Positions 28,077 to 38,911 of a stretch of 64,000 bases of DNA are shown here, piece by piece. This DNA comes from Bdellovibrionota bacterium FG-1. Lineage in GTDB: Bacteria; Bdellovibrionota; UBA1018. The position numbers and the translations under genes were made by a program. The notes under the pieces are model-generated. The model was not told the DNA's origin. It made no database searches and saw only the letters and a list, made by a program, of their open reading frames with translations. Where the stretch lies: contig JBBCAW010000012.1 of NCBI GenBank assembly GCA_051382295.1, positions 128,001 to 192,000 of the forward strand, written 5' to 3'. Position 1 is the stretch's first letter. Every line of letters starts with the position of its first letter.

Positions 28077-29353
28077 CCGAGAGATTTCATCGACTGTCTC
28101 GAGGCCAGCGGCTCGAGCGGGTGCAGGAGCTTTGTAGTTTAACAGACGAGGATATTTCTGTTCTGTCCGGCGAGCGAACTCTGCCGCCCGAGATTGCGGA
28201 ACATTTGATCGAAAATGTGGTGGGATATTTTCCAATTCCTTTAGGGGTAGCAACTAATTTTACTATTGACGGTCGAGATGTGCTGATCCCGATGGCGGTT
28301 GAGGAAACTTCGATTATTGCCGCAGCGAGCGCGACTGCTAAGTGGATCCGTCGCGAAGGCAGCATTCGGACTTATTCAAAGGGCAATCTGATTATTGGGC
28401 AGGTTCAACTGCCCAGCGTCCGAAACGTCGAGCAAGCTCGGCGTATTTTGCACGAAAAACGCGAGCTTTTGATGGGGCTGGCTAATGCCTGTGTGCCAGG
28501 ATTGGTAGCTCGTGGAGGTGGCGTTCGCGATCTCGCGGTTCGTGAGGTCGCTCGACCCGATGGATCTGGCATGATGTTGGTGGTTCATATTCTCTGCGAT
28601 CCCTGTGAAGCGATGGGTGCTAATCTCATTAACCAGGTTTGTGAAGCTCTTAAGCCTCGGATTGAAGAATTGACTCATGAGAGGGTGGGGCTTTGTATTC
28701 TTTCTAATTTAGTGGATGGAAAATTGGCCTGCGCCGAAGTGGTGATTCGCAATGTGGATCCGGCCGTGGCCAAGGGCATTGAAGAAGCCACACTTTTTGC
28801 TAAAGCCGATCCCTATCGCGCGGCGACTCACAATAAAGGTGTTTTGAATGGAATTGATCCGATCCTGATTGCCACTGGCAATGACTGGCGCGCGGTCGAA
28901 GCGGGGGTGCATTCGTATGCGACTCGCTCAGGGCGATACCAACCCGTGACCGACTGGAAGCTGGAGGGCAACGACCTGGTGGGCCGGATTGAGATTCCAC
29001 TGGCGGTCGGTACTGTGGGTGGAGTCACGCGGTTGCATCCTACGGCCCGGGTAGCTTTAAAAATGTTGGGCGTTAATAAAGCCGAAGAACTCGCCCGCAT
29101 TTGCGCGGCGGTGGGCTTGGTTCAAAATTTGGGCGCGCTCAAGGCGCTTGCGACCGTGGGAATTGTTAAAGGTCATATGCAGCTCCATGCGGCTAATTTG
29201 GCGATCGCCGCTGGCGCGGATCTTCATGAGGTTGCGGTGGTGCGTGAGCGTCTGGCCGAGGTTTTGCGGGTTGAAAAACACATCAATCTTTCGCACGCCA
29301 AGCAGATTTTAGAGGCTTTGCGTGTCTCCGAACGCAGTGCCGTTAGTTACTGA
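28055..29353 (+). CDS. mvaA: Class II HMG-CoA reductase
   Basis: IENVVG, PMAVEETS, EAMGAN, RAATHNKG, GNDWRAVEAG, GHMQLH. Confidence 0.95.
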   Translation: MESKRHLTERFHRLSRGQRLERVQELCSLTDEDISVLSGERTLPPEIAEHLIENVVGYFPIPLGVATNFTIDGRDVLIPMAVEETSIIAAASATAKWIRREGSIRTYSKGNLIIGQVQLPSVRNVEQARRILHEKRELLMGLANACVPGLVARGGGVRDLAVREVARPDGSGMMLVVHILCDPCEAMGANLINQVCEALKPRIEELTHERVGLCILSNLVDGKLACAEVVIRNVDPAVAKGIEEATLFAKADPYRAATHNKGVLNGIDPILIATGNDWRAVEAGVHSYATRSGRYQPVTDWKLEGNDLVGRIEIPLAVGTVGGVTRLHPTARVALKMLGVNKAEELARICAAVGLVQNLGALKALATVGIVKGHMQLHAANLAIAAGADLHEVAVVRERLAEVLRVEKHINLSHAKQILEALRVSERSAVSY

Positions 29354-30242
29354 AAATTTTTCGGTACTCTCTGTACCTGGAAAAGTTTTTTTACTCGGGG
29401 AGTATGCCGTGCTTTCCGGACATCCTGGTCTGGTTGCGGCCGTGGGGCCTCGGTTTGAGTTGCGCTTGAGCTCAGGCTCAGTGAATGTTCATCCGCAAAG
29501 TCCGGCAGGGCGTCTCCTGCAGTGGGCAAAAGGTCAGGAGCCAGGGAGCGCGGCGGATTTTGGGTTTGAATTTGTTGATCCTTTGCGGGGTACGGGGGGG
29601 TTTGGGGCTTCGACTGCGCAATTTGCTTTGCTCTATCGCGCGATCGCTTCTCGTTTTGGTTTGGAGTTATCCGCCGTGAGCGCTCGTCAGTTTTACCGTG
29701 ATTTGATGTCAGATGAACCATTACCGCCGAGCGGAGTAGATCTGATGGCTCAATGGAACGGCGGGGTTACCTTTTTTGATCCGGCTTGCAATGAAGTGCG
29801 GCAATGTTTTTCGCAATGGGACTGGCGGAACCTCCTTGTTTTTTCTGCGGTGGGTTTGCCCGGACGAAAGGTAACAACCCATGAGCATTTGGGGCGAGTC
29901 GCAAAAAATGGTCTCGCGCGATCTTGGACGGATCGTTTGGCCAAAGTTTTACAAAAAGCGATGAGTGTTGAAGGAGATTTGAAGGTATTGGGAGCGGCGC
30001 TAACGGAGTATGCCGACGTTCTTTGTGAACTGGGTTTGGAAGCCGACGAAGCGTATGATGATCGGCAGGTTTTGGCTGGGCTTTCCGGCGTACTGGGTGT
30101 TAAGGGAGCCGGTGCGATGCTTTCAGATGCGGTGATTGTGCTTATGGAAAATGGGTCGCGGGATCAAGTGATCGACGTGGCCCAAGGGCGAGGCCTGCGG
30201 TTGGTCGCAAACGGACTCCCGTTTGAGAAAGGTATTTTGTGA
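29322..30242 (+). CDS. GHMP kinase, probable phosphomevalonate kinase
   Basis: PGKVFLLGEYAVL, GFGASTA, SGVD, KGAGA; operon context. Confidence 0.75.
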   Translation: MSPNAVPLVTENFSVLSVPGKVFLLGEYAVLSGHPGLVAAVGPRFELRLSSGSVNVHPQSPAGRLLQWAKGQEPGSAADFGFEFVDPLRGTGGFGASTAQFALLYRAIASRFGLELSAVSARQFYRDLMSDEPLPPSGVDLMAQWNGGVTFFDPACNEVRQCFSQWDWRNLLVFSAVGLPGRKVTTHEHLGRVAKNGLARSWTDRLAKVLQKAMSVEGDLKVLGAALTEYADVLCELGLEADEAYDDRQVLAGLSGVLGVKGAGAMLSDAVIVLMENGSRDQVIDVAQGRGLRLVANGLPFEKGIL

Positions 30243-31312
30243 GTAGCGCCACTTTTCTTGCAAGGGCGCCTTCCAATATCGCGCTGATTAAATATATGGG
30301 TAAAAAGGATGCGACGGCCAATTTGCCGGAAAACCCGAGTCTTTCTGTGACACTCAACGGGCTTTGTTCTTGGGTTGAGATTCAACGAAGCGCCTCTGAA
30401 CCTGGTCGTGTTCGTTGGATTGCAGAGCTGCCGCACGCTGCTCAGGGTGAGCTTCTCGTGCCTTCGTTGAGTTCGGAGGGGCAGCAAAAAGTCATTGCCC
30501 ATGTCGAGCGGTGTATTTCCTTAGCCCCTGAAGTTTTTGCTCAGCACGGCCTCTCCAGTTTGCCGGATGCTCGTTCCCGCTTTTGCTACAATGTGAGAAG
30601 CGCAAATACTTTTCCCTCCGCTTCGGGGATCGCCTCAAGTGCTTCGAGCTTTGCCGCTTTCACTTTGGCAAGCTTTGCGGCTTGCTCGAAAGATCGGGAT
30701 GCCTTCGCGCGAGCGTTTAAAACCGACTTGGCTTTCCGACGTCATTTAGCGCGAGTTTCGCGGGTGGGCTCGGGAAGTTCCTGCCGGTCGTTTGAGGGGC
30801 CGTTTGTTTTTTGGGAAGAAGAACATGCTTTCGCGATTTCGACCCGGATGCCCGAGTTAAGGCATTTTGTTATCTTGGTGAGTTCAGAGCCGAAAGCAGT
30901 GTCATCATCTCAGGCTCATTTGCAGGTCAAGACCTCGCCTCTTTGGCAGGGTCGGCCCGAGCGTGTTCAAAAAAGAACCGATCACATGAAGCAGGCCTTG
31001 GAAGTGGGCGATCTTTTCTCTGTCGCTCGTTTGGCGTGGAGTGAGTTTTGGGAAATGCATAGTTTATTTCATACGGCTGCAGAGCCGTTTTCTTATTGGC
31101 AGGCAGGTTCCATAGAAGCGCTCCATTGGCTCTCTCCTTTTGTCGTGCCGAAATCTTCCTCGGCGATCGTGACCATGGATGCGGGCCCCAATATTCATGT
31201 TTTGGTGGCGGCCGAGCAGGCAGAAGCATGGAGGCAAAGGCTTCACGATCGGTTTGGGGTCAAGGCAATTCTCGAGGATCGGCCTGGGTCAGGGGCTGTT
31301 CTTTATGAGTGA
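30239..31312 (+). CDS. mvaD: Diphosphomevalonate decarboxylase
   Basis: PSNIALIKYMGK, FPSASGIASSAS, GSGSSCRS, TMDAGPN. Confidence 0.93.
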   Translation: MSSATFLARAPSNIALIKYMGKKDATANLPENPSLSVTLNGLCSWVEIQRSASEPGRVRWIAELPHAAQGELLVPSLSSEGQQKVIAHVERCISLAPEVFAQHGLSSLPDARSRFCYNVRSANTFPSASGIASSASSFAAFTLASFAACSKDRDAFARAFKTDLAFRRHLARVSRVGSGSSCRSFEGPFVFWEEEHAFAISTRMPELRHFVILVSSEPKAVSSSQAHLQVKTSPLWQGRPERVQKRTDHMKQALEVGDLFSVARLAWSEFWEMHSLFHTAAEPFSYWQAGSIEALHWLSPFVVPKSSSAIVTMDAGPNIHVLVAAEQAEAWRQRLHDRFGVKAILEDRPGSGAVLYE

Positions 31313-32141
31313 GTGGCGCTCTTTCGAAACTCGGGTTTGCGCAAAATGGGTGCTCGCGGGCGAGCATTCAGTTTTGCGCGGAATTCCCGCCGTAACCCTG
31401 CCTCATCCTGAATTTGCACTTCGCCTTGTTTATGATGCGGGCGAGCGGGATTTGTTTTCCATTCAACCCACGAGTGCGCAGACGATCATAACGGATTTGC
31501 TGAGCCAAGTCGGCGTATCTCCAGATTCGGGTCGCTTGATTCTGGAAAGTTCGATTCCGATGGGGGCTGGGTTGGGTTCGTCGGCCGCACTTTGCGTGGC
31601 TTTAGCACGTTGGCTGGAGACGCCGCTTCAGCTTCCTCCGGAAATGATTGCTGATTTTGCGACACGGCTGGAAAATCGTTTTCACGGTCAGAGCAGTGGT
31701 ATGGATATCGCCGCGATTTTGGCGGAAACCCCCGCAGTTTTTGTGCGGGGTGAAGGCGCTCTCTCTTTGGGAGTCACTCGTATCCCCCGGTTTACCTTTC
31801 ATGATACGGGATTACGCGCCCGGACCAGTCAATGCATTGAGAAGGTTCGTCTTTTTCGAGAGCAAAACCCACAAAAAGGCAATGAAACCGATTTTGAGAT
31901 GAAACAGGCCTCAGGGGAGGCTATCGAAGGACTGAAGGCCTACCAACAGACTCTTACTTCGGGAGAGGGTTTGAAGATTTTGACACGGGCAATGGATCGC
32001 GCTCATGCTTGCTTTGAGGTTTGGGGGTTGGTTCCTCCGGAGGTGAATACGATTCGTGAACAGCTTGCCGGGCAAGGGGCCTTGGCCTCGAAACTGACCG
32101 GCGCAGGGTGTGGGGGCATGGTGGTTGCGCTTTGGGAATGA
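31305..32141 (+). CDS. mvk: Mevalonate kinase
   Basis: KWVLAGEHSV, IPMGAGLGSSAA, FHGQSSGMD, KLTGAGCGG. Confidence 0.9.
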   Translation: MSEWRSFETRVCAKWVLAGEHSVLRGIPAVTLPHPEFALRLVYDAGERDLFSIQPTSAQTIITDLLSQVGVSPDSGRLILESSIPMGAGLGSSAALCVALARWLETPLQLPPEMIADFATRLENRFHGQSSGMDIAAILAETPAVFVRGEGALSLGVTRIPRFTFHDTGLRARTSQCIEKVRLFREQNPQKGNETDFEMKQASGEAIEGLKAYQQTLTSGEGLKILTRAMDRAHACFEVWGLVPPEVNTIREQLAGQGALASKLTGAGCGGMVVALWE

Positions 32142-32236
32142 GCAGGTGTCTAACTCTTAAACAGGGTGCAAAAGGCACCTCTTCGGATCTTTAGAACAAT
32201 TTTTTGGCCCAAGCTTTGCTCTTTGGCGCCTTTGTT

Positions 32237-33694
32237 ATGAAGGAATTTTCTTATCTTAAAGTGAGTGCGGCGATTGCGTTGGTGGTCTGGAGTAGTGTGA
32301 CCTTTTCAATGATGTCCGCCTGTGGGCACAAAGGGGCTGATTCGCCCGCTCCCAGTCAAAATACGGCGGCAGCCCCTGCGGCCCCTTCTGGCGCAGCTCC
32401 CACTTCGCAAGCTCCGACCATTAGCACTCCTGGAATCGTTCAAGCCACGCGGGTGGCCCGTGAAGCGCAGGTTTCCTGTGCGGAGGGGCAAATCTGCCCT
32501 CCCGGGGTCGGAATGGTGGTGTCCACGAGTGATGGTGGCGTGAATCAATGCACGGGTTTTTTGGTTGCTTCTGATTGGGTGATGACTGCAAGTGTTTGTG
32601 TTTCCGAGGCGGTTCGCGAAGGTAAAGAAAGCTGCATGAATCGGGTTCGAGTTCACTTTCCTGAAAATTCAACCGCTCGGTTGGACGCGCAAGATGTCGA
32701 TTGTTCTTCCATTTCTTTTATCCCAGCGCAAAAAAAAGGCGATGGCGATAAAGCCAGTTTTGTCTTTATCCATCTCGCATCGAGCGTGGATCGAGATGTC
32801 CTGAAAGTGAGCGCTGAAGGGCTGAAAGAAGGCATGAAAGTTTCGGTACCGGTGGTGGATCCCTCGTCAGTAACTCGGCCGATAGCAGACATTCGGGTAA
32901 ATCATTGCCGGGTGGTTCAACGAGCGGTAGTCCTTCCAGACTTTAAAACCGATTTAAATCTGATCGGGGCATTGGGTGAGTGCCGTGTGGAGTCAGGCGC
33001 TTTTGGCGCCCCTGTCTTGGATTCGGACGGGCAAGTTCATGCGATGGTTCACGGTGGGACTCACAACATTGAGCTGGTTCAATTGGCCTACCATCAGTTG
33101 CTGGGCAATAATCAAATTGTTGATTTTGCTTTTGTTACAAATTTAGCCTGTGTTTTATTTCCCTATGATCACGAAAAAAAGGCATTGTCCTCGGATTGCG
33201 CTCCTTCTTCGGGGCTAGAGTTGACGGGTTTAAAACGGGTGATCACGCCCGATTTGATCAAGGCGGCATTGAAAGAGGTTGATGGGCGTATCACTCCTTG
33301 GAAAAAATGGGTGGGGCACACTTTGCGATGGGAGCTTCCGACTTCCCTTCCTCTGACGGTTTCCTCGGTGGTGTCCCCCTTTCCCACTTGTATTGCGAAT
33401 GCCGACCGTTGGTTGAGCAAGTACAAGCATTGGTATTATTTCGGTGGCTACGATTCGAAGGCCCAGGTTGAGGTGCCGATTCTTCCATTTCAGGTGGATT
33501 ATTGGCTTAATTCTTATGCGCAGACTGATTTTAGGGTCACAAACTTGCCTTCGCAACCTGCCTTGATTAGTTTCAATCCCCAACAGATTGCCAAAGAAGG
33601 AAAAAGCTTCGTGACCATTCGGGCAAAAGGGCAGAAAGGTCAGCCTGGCGCACTGCTTTATCCTTCAATGTTGCTCAAAAAGTGCGGAAACTGA
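32237..33694 (+). CDS. Lipoprotein with a trypsin-like fold, catalytic residues apparently lost
   Basis: Lipobox MSAC; CTGFLVASDWVMTASVC (cf. TAAHC); SGAFGAP (cf. GDSGGP). Confidence 0.7.
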   Translation: MKEFSYLKVSAAIALVVWSSVTFSMMSACGHKGADSPAPSQNTAAAPAAPSGAAPTSQAPTISTPGIVQATRVAREAQVSCAEGQICPPGVGMVVSTSDGGVNQCTGFLVASDWVMTASVCVSEAVREGKESCMNRVRVHFPENSTARLDAQDVDCSSISFIPAQKKGDGDKASFVFIHLASSVDRDVLKVSAEGLKEGMKVSVPVVDPSSVTRPIADIRVNHCRVVQRAVVLPDFKTDLNLIGALGECRVESGAFGAPVLDSDGQVHAMVHGGTHNIELVQLAYHQLLGNNQIVDFAFVTNLACVLFPYDHEKKALSSDCAPSSGLELTGLKRVITPDLIKAALKEVDGRITPWKKWVGHTLRWELPTSLPLTVSSVVSPFPTCIANADRWLSKYKHWYYFGGYDSKAQVEVPILPFQVDYWLNSYAQTDFRVTNLPSQPALISFNPQQIAKEGKSFVTIRAKGQKGQPGALLYPSMLLKKCGN

Positions 33695-33744
33695 GGATGG
33701 CTTTTATTGAACGAATGGATTAAGAGTTTCGTTGAGGATCCCGT

Positions 33745-34194
33745 ATGGCCACAATCAAAGAACGTCTTTCTGAGCTCATGAAAACTACGCTGAAATCCGG
33801 CGACAAGGAGACTCTTTCCTTTGTTCGCAATCTTCACGCACAAATTCGAAAAAAAGAAATCGACGATCAAATTAGCTTGGATGATGTGGGGGTTCAGAAA
33901 ATTATCGGTTCATCGATGAAGCAACGTCAGGATTCTATTGATCAATTCAAGCAAGGTGGACGAGAAGATTTGGTGGCTAAAGAAACCTCCGAATTCAAGT
34001 TTCTCAAAAGCTTTATGCCCGAGCAGATGGGTGAGGCTGAGGTCCGCCAGCTGGTCGATTGGGCCGTTACCGAATCCAAAGCTTCTTCGGCCAAAGAGAT
34101 GGGCAATGTCATGAAGCTGTTGATGCCCAAAGTTCAGGGTAAGGCTGACGGCAAGCTCGTCAATCAGTTAGTCAAGGAGCGACTTGGCGGCTGA
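33745..34194 (+). CDS. GatB/YqeY domain protein
   Basis: KQRQDSIDQFKQGGREDL...KEMGNVMK...GKADGKLVNQLVK. Confidence 0.93.
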   Translation: MATIKERLSELMKTTLKSGDKETLSFVRNLHAQIRKKEIDDQISLDDVGVQKIIGSSMKQRQDSIDQFKQGGREDLVAKETSEFKFLKSFMPEQMGEAEVRQLVDWAVTESKASSAKEMGNVMKLLMPKVQGKADGKLVNQLVKERLGG

Positions 34195-34206
34195 GGCGGA
34201 GAAATT

Positions 34207-36129
34207 TTGAAAATCAGTCCAGAACTTTGTCAGAAGATCAAAGATGCCGTTAATATCTTAGAAGTGGTCGGAGAGCATGTTGTTTTGCGTAAAACCGGCG
34301 CTAACAACGTAGGACTTTGCCCCTTTCATTCAGAACGAAGTCCCTCTTTTAGCGTGCACGAGGTAAAAGGCCTCTATCATTGCTACGGCTGTAAAAAGAG
34401 CGGCGATCTGATTACGTTCGTCATGGAGATCCATGGAATCAATTTCCGAGAGGCGATTGAAGAGTTGGCGGAGCGTGCTCGGATTGCGCTTCCCCTTGAT
34501 TGGTTTGGGAAAAACTCTTCGGATGATCCTGAAACTCAGCGTCGCCAAAAGGAGTATCGAGAAAAGCAGCACGTCCTTTTCAAATTGAATCTCTTTGCCA
34601 TGGCATTTTTCAGGCATCAGTTGCTCCAACTTCCAGGGGTCGAGCAGTATTTTCAGTCTCGAGGCGTGCCTCCGCAGGGGGATTTGGCCAAAAACTTTCG
34701 AGTGGGGGCGGCCGTTGCTGCGTGGGATGCCTTGGCTCGGCATATGGCTGAAAAAAAAGCTCCCCTGGCGCCTGCTGTTGAGCTGGGCTTGATTCGCCCT
34801 TCCACCAAACAAACTCCGGGGTCGAGCGGGTATTTTGATTTATTTCGGAACCGGGCGATGTTTCCGATTATGGATATGCGAGGGCGGGTGGCGGGTTTTG
34901 GGGGGCGTGCTTTGCCTTCGGATTCTCCAGACGAAGGCCCTAAGTATATGAATTCGCCGGAGTCTCCCGTTTTTCAGAAGGGTAAGCTCGCCTTTGGTCT
35001 CTTTCAGGCACAAAAGCATATTCGGGAACAAAATGAGTTGATTCTGGTTGAGGGGTATTTTGATGTGTTGGGTCTTCATGCAGCGGGTTTTCAAAATGTG
35101 GTTGCCACTTGCGGGACCTCTCTAACCCCCGATCATCTCCAGATTTTTAGACGTTTTGCCAAAAAAATCACCATTCTCTTTGATGGGGATAAGGCAGGCG
35201 TGTCGGCTACCGCGAGAGCTATGGAGATCGGTCTCGATCACGGAATCATCTTACACGGTGCATGCCTGCCCGAGGAAATGGATCCTGACGAGGTTTTGTT
35301 TGATCAAAATACGGGTCAGGCATTGCCTCAGGGGCGGGAGCAGATGCTGGATATTTTAGGAAAATCCCAGCCGCTTTTGGCTACACGGTTGGCTCAAGAG
35401 GTTCTGGTCTCGGCGCAGGGCCCTGAGGCCAAAACCCGAGCGCTCAAAAATGTAGCTGGGTGGTTAGCTCGATACACTGACCCGGTTGGTCGAGAAATTT
35501 GGCTTCAGGAGGCGATGCGAGGGTTGGGAGTGAGTCATGCTTTACTGTCTCAGGCGATGGGCAAACCGGGGGGGGCAAATCCAAGTCCCGTGGCTGTGTC
35601 TCGGCCGGCTCCCCTGAGTAAACCTAAGGCGACCCCAGTTTCCAAGCGGGTAGGATCTTTGCAGCCTAGCGAAAAAACTTTGCTTCACGCCATGGCTTTA
35701 GGCGGGGTGTTTGCAGAGGCCTATGGTTTAGCCAGGGGCAAATTGCCACCGGAGTCAACCCTTGCTGATCTTTTTGATTATCCGCCGGCCCATGATTTTG
35801 TGGTGCGGCTATTGACAGAGCCCGGTGCATTGGAGCGGTTTCGAGTGGCCCCAGAGATTTTTTTAGATTCTGACCTTGAGGTTCAAATCCGCTCTACTCT
35901 TACGGAAGCATTGGTTTCTAAAGAGCCCCTTTTTGAAAAAGAAGACTTCCGAGTTGCCCTAGATCGGGCAATAGGTCGGCTGTGGGCACGTTTTTCGCAT
36001 CGAATCAAGGCAGCTTTGGCCCAAGCAGAAGCTAAGCAGGACGCAGGGTTACATGCAGAACTGATGAAGGAATACCTTGACGTTCAGCGCAAAATAAAGG
36101 AGTTTATCAGCTTCTATGACGAAGCCTAA
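34207..36129 (+). CDS. dnaG: DNA primase
   Basis: [11 protein letters not shown]...HCYGC zinc finger; [34 protein letters not shown]. Confidence 0.97.
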   Translation: MKISPELCQKIKDAVNILEVVGEHVVLRKTGANNVGLCPFHSERSPSFSVHEVKGLYHCYGCKKSGDLITFVMEIHGINFREAIEELAERARIALPLDWFGKNSSDDPETQRRQKEYREKQHVLFKLNLFAMAFFRHQLLQLPGVEQYFQSRGVPPQGDLAKNFRVGAAVAAWDALARHMAEKKAPLAPAVELGLIRPSTKQTPGSSGYFDLFRNRAMFPIMDMRGRVAGFGGRALPSDSPDEGPKYMNSPESPVFQKGKLAFGLFQAQKHIREQNELILVEGYFDVLGLHAAGFQNVVATCGTSLTPDHLQIFRRFAKKITILFDGDKAGVSATARAMEIGLDHGIILHGACLPEEMDPDEVLFDQNTGQALPQGREQMLDILGKSQPLLATRLAQEVLVSAQGPEAKTRALKNVAGWLARYTDPVGREIWLQEAMRGLGVSHALLSQAMGKPGGANPSPVAVSRPAPLSKPKATPVSKRVGSLQPSEKTLLHAMALGGVFAEAYGLARGKLPPESTLADLFDYPPAHDFVVRLLTEPGALERFRVAPEIFLDSDLEVQIRSTLTEALVSKEPLFEKEDFRVALDRAIGRLWARFSHRIKAALAQAEAKQDAGLHAELMKEYLDVQRKIKEFISFYDEA

Positions 36130-37999
36130 AGATACCCATCAGCCCTCGCAGGTAGCCTCTCCTCATGGCCTTCATGGCATCCCTCAGGGGAAGGCCCCGG
36201 AGGGCGGTTCATCGCTTCTCAAAAATAAAGAGATAAAAAAACTCATCGATATGGGTGTCCAGCGTGGATACCTCACTTTTGTCGAAGTGAATGAGCTTTT
36301 ACCTCCTGAGGTCATCACGCCTGATGCAATTGATGAGGTGATGAGTCTTCTCGGTGAAAACGAGATTGAGGTCATTGATACTACTAAACGCCCTAAAAGT
36401 GATGAAGAGTCGGAAGAAGAAGGCGAAGAGGCACCTCTGGGAATGGGAGCCGCCGGCCCTGAAGGGGGCGAAGCTGCGGAAACTCCTGCTGTTGCCGAAT
36501 ATGCGCGTGGTGCCGATCCTGTTAAACTTTATTTAAAGAAAATGGGCAGCGTATCTTTGCTCACTCGTGAAGGCGAAGTGGAAATCGCTAAACGAATCGA
36601 AGAGGGCGAAGTTGAGATTTTGCGCGCGCTTTTAGCCTCCAAACTGGGGACGCTGGCGATTGTCGATTTGGGTGAGCGGCTCGAAACCGCCCGGACCAAA
36701 GTGAAAGACGTCATTCGCGGTGTGGATGAAGAAGTTTCAATTGATGACGAGAAAAAGTATTTAGATAAGGTTTTGAACGCGATTTCCAAGGTTAAATCGC
36801 TTATGGCGGTTCAGGAAAAGGCCGACGAAAAGACGGACGGGCCAGACGGAAAAAAACCCGCAGCCAAGAAAAAAGAAGAGATCGAAAAAGAATTCAAAAA
36901 GCGCGAAAAGCAAGTTGAAGCGGCCTTTCAGGATATTGCGTTTAACCGCAAGACGATCAATTTACTTTCGGCCAAGATCAAAGACTACTGGAAGCGTGGC
37001 AAAGATTTATTAGATGACCGCAAAAAAGTATACGACTTTTTGATCATCAAAGATGCCAAGCAGATGAAGCACATCATGGAAGTCTATCGGAAGGGATCCG
37101 ACACTCATCCGGCTCTTTGTCGCGAGTACGATGTCACTGAGCATAAGTTAGCTAGCCTGATTTCGCAGGAAGATGAGATTGAAAAGAAAGTGTCCCGTCT
37201 TGAAGAAGAGGCGGGCATTGAGATCCTCGAACTCCGTCGTATTCATGACACCTTGACCATCGGTGAGCGTAAAGCTGACCAAGCGAAGAGCGAGTTGGTA
37301 GAGGCTAATCTTCGGCTGGTTGTTTCGATTGCAAAAAAATATACCAACCGTGGTCTTCAGTTTCTGGATTTAATTCAGGAAGGCAATATCGGTTTGATGA
37401 AGGCGGTCGATAAGTTCGAATACCGCCGCGGTTATAAGTTTTCGACTTATGCGACTTGGTGGATTCGGCAGGCGATTACTCGTGCCATTGCTGACCAGGC
37501 ACGCACGATTCGAATTCCGGTTCATATGATTGAGACGATCAATAAGTTGATCCGCACTTCTCGGTTGCTGGTACAACAACTGGGCCGTGAACCGACTCCC
37601 GAGGAAGTGGCCGTCAAGATGGAGCTTCCGGTCGATAAGGTTCGTAAGGTTCTCAAAATCGCTAAAGAGCCGATCTCCCTTGAAACTCCAATCGGTGAAG
37701 AAGAAGATTCGTATCTGGGTGATTTTATTGAGGACAAAAAAATCATTAATCCGGCCGAAGCCGTGATGAATATTAATCTTTCTGAGCAAACTCGTAAGGT
37801 ATTGGCTACTCTCACTCCTCGCGAAGAGAAGGTCCTGCGGATGCGGTTTGGTATCGGTGAAAAATCGGATCATACCCTTGAAGAAGTCGGACAGGACTTT
37901 TTTGTTACCCGCGAGCGTATTCGCCAGATTGAGGCCAAGGCGCTTCGTAAGCTACGACATCCATCGCGGGCTAAGTTGCTAAAAGCATTCGTAGATTAG
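36116..37999 (+). CDS. rpoD: Primary sigma factor sigma-70
   Basis: [55 protein letters not shown]. Confidence 0.98.
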   Translation: MTKPKDTHQPSQVASPHGLHGIPQGKAPEGGSSLLKNKEIKKLIDMGVQRGYLTFVEVNELLPPEVITPDAIDEVMSLLGENEIEVIDTTKRPKSDEESEEEGEEAPLGMGAAGPEGGEAAETPAVAEYARGADPVKLYLKKMGSVSLLTREGEVEIAKRIEEGEVEILRALLASKLGTLAIVDLGERLETARTKVKDVIRGVDEEVSIDDEKKYLDKVLNAISKVKSLMAVQEKADEKTDGPDGKKPAAKKKEEIEKEFKKREKQVEAAFQDIAFNRKTINLLSAKIKDYWKRGKDLLDDRKKVYDFLIIKDAKQMKHIMEVYRKGSDTHPALCREYDVTEHKLASLISQEDEIEKKVSRLEEEAGIEILELRRIHDTLTIGERKADQAKSELVEANLRLVVSIAKKYTNRGLQFLDLIQEGNIGLMKAVDKFEYRRGYKFSTYATWWIRQAITRAIADQARTIRIPVHMIETINKLIRTSRLLVQQLGREPTPEEVAVKMELPVDKVRKVLKIAKEPISLETPIGEEEDSYLGDFIEDKKIINPAEAVMNINLSEQTRKVLATLTPREEKVLRMRFGIGEKSDHTLEEVGQDFFVTRERIRQIEAKALRKLRHPSRAKLLKAFVD

Positions 38000-38070
38000 T
38001 CTTCGGCGGATACCTGAGGCTGGGGATTGCTATTCTACCAAAAAGCTAGATAATGATATGAGGCGATGGA

Positions 38071-38730
38071 GTGCCTTATATGCTCAAACTATCTTTTCGT
38101 GTGTTGCGTCGTTGGCTTTTTTTTGGGAGTGCCGTCGCGCTGATTTGGAGTGCGGACTCGTCTGCAGGAATGAGGACGTCCCTCCTGGGTGTCTTCGATT
38201 ATTCGCTACCCACTGGCATAATGGCTGGAAGCCCCATTACAGGCTCTGTGGGTGGTTCGGCTTTTGGTGGAGGGTTGACCTTCGAATTGAACTTATTTCG
38301 TAGGTTGAGTTTTGAGGTGGGTGCTCTTTATTATGAACAGCGTTTTAAGGATACCTCTGGAACTTTGGTTTCTTATGCGGTGCTGGATGTTCCGGTGAAC
38401 TTTAGGTTTTGGTTGAGTCGTCTTTTGTTCGTGTCACTCGGGGGCTACGCCTCATTTGGTATCGATGGGGTGACTGAAACCTCGTCAGCCGGAGTGGTTG
38501 CTACCGGGGTTCTTGCGGATGCGGCGTTGAATAATAGCATTTATGGCGTTTTCGCTGGAATGGGATTCAACTTTCCAATTGCCCGTAGTGTGGCCTTTCG
38601 TCTTGAAGGACGTTATCGATACGCCTTATCAAATTTCTTTTCGACCGGCACGGTTGCCAGCGATTCGACGGCCTTTCTTAGAATTTCAGATGCGCAGATC
38701 CTCGCAGGCCTGACTATTGGTGGTTATTAA
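38071..38730 (+). CDS. Outer-membrane beta-barrel (8-stranded porin/OmpA-like) protein
   Basis: Signal peptide; LSFEVGALY, LDVPVNFRF, FRLEGRYRY strands. Confidence 0.75.
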   Translation: MPYMLKLSFRVLRRWLFFGSAVALIWSADSSAGMRTSLLGVFDYSLPTGIMAGSPITGSVGGSAFGGGLTFELNLFRRLSFEVGALYYEQRFKDTSGTLVSYAVLDVPVNFRFWLSRLLFVSLGGYASFGIDGVTETSSAGVVATGVLADAALNNSIYGVFAGMGFNFPIARSVAFRLEGRYRYALSNFFSTGTVASDSTAFLRISDAQILAGLTIGGY

Positions 38731-38790
38731 GACGAACCTTGAATTTTGTTTCAGGCTGAAATACGGTCACTCCCAGAAGATGTGGTAAGT

Positions 38791-38867
38791 GGACCCTTAG
38801 CTCAGCTGGTTAGAGCTTCCCGCTCATAACGGGGTGGTCCCCGGTTCAAGTCCGGGAGGGTCCACCA
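38791..38867 (+). tRNA. tRNA with CAT anticodon, most likely tRNA-Ile2 (lysidine)
   Basis: Cloverleaf: GGACCCT/AGGGTCC acceptor stem, TAGCTCAG D-arm, CTCATAA loop, GGTTCAAGTCC T-arm, encoded CCA. Paired G1-C72 (not an initiator); C4-G69/C5-G68 as in Ile2 tRNAs; located after rpoD. Confidence 0.92.
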
Positions 38868-38911
38868 CTAAAAGGTATCAAGGTACTTTTTGATGCTAGG
38901 TGCGGCATTTC

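Noticed and set aside
38791..38867. Initiator tRNA-fMet
   Set aside because: G1-C72 is paired and the anticodon stem lacks the three consecutive G-C pairs in the initiator arrangement.
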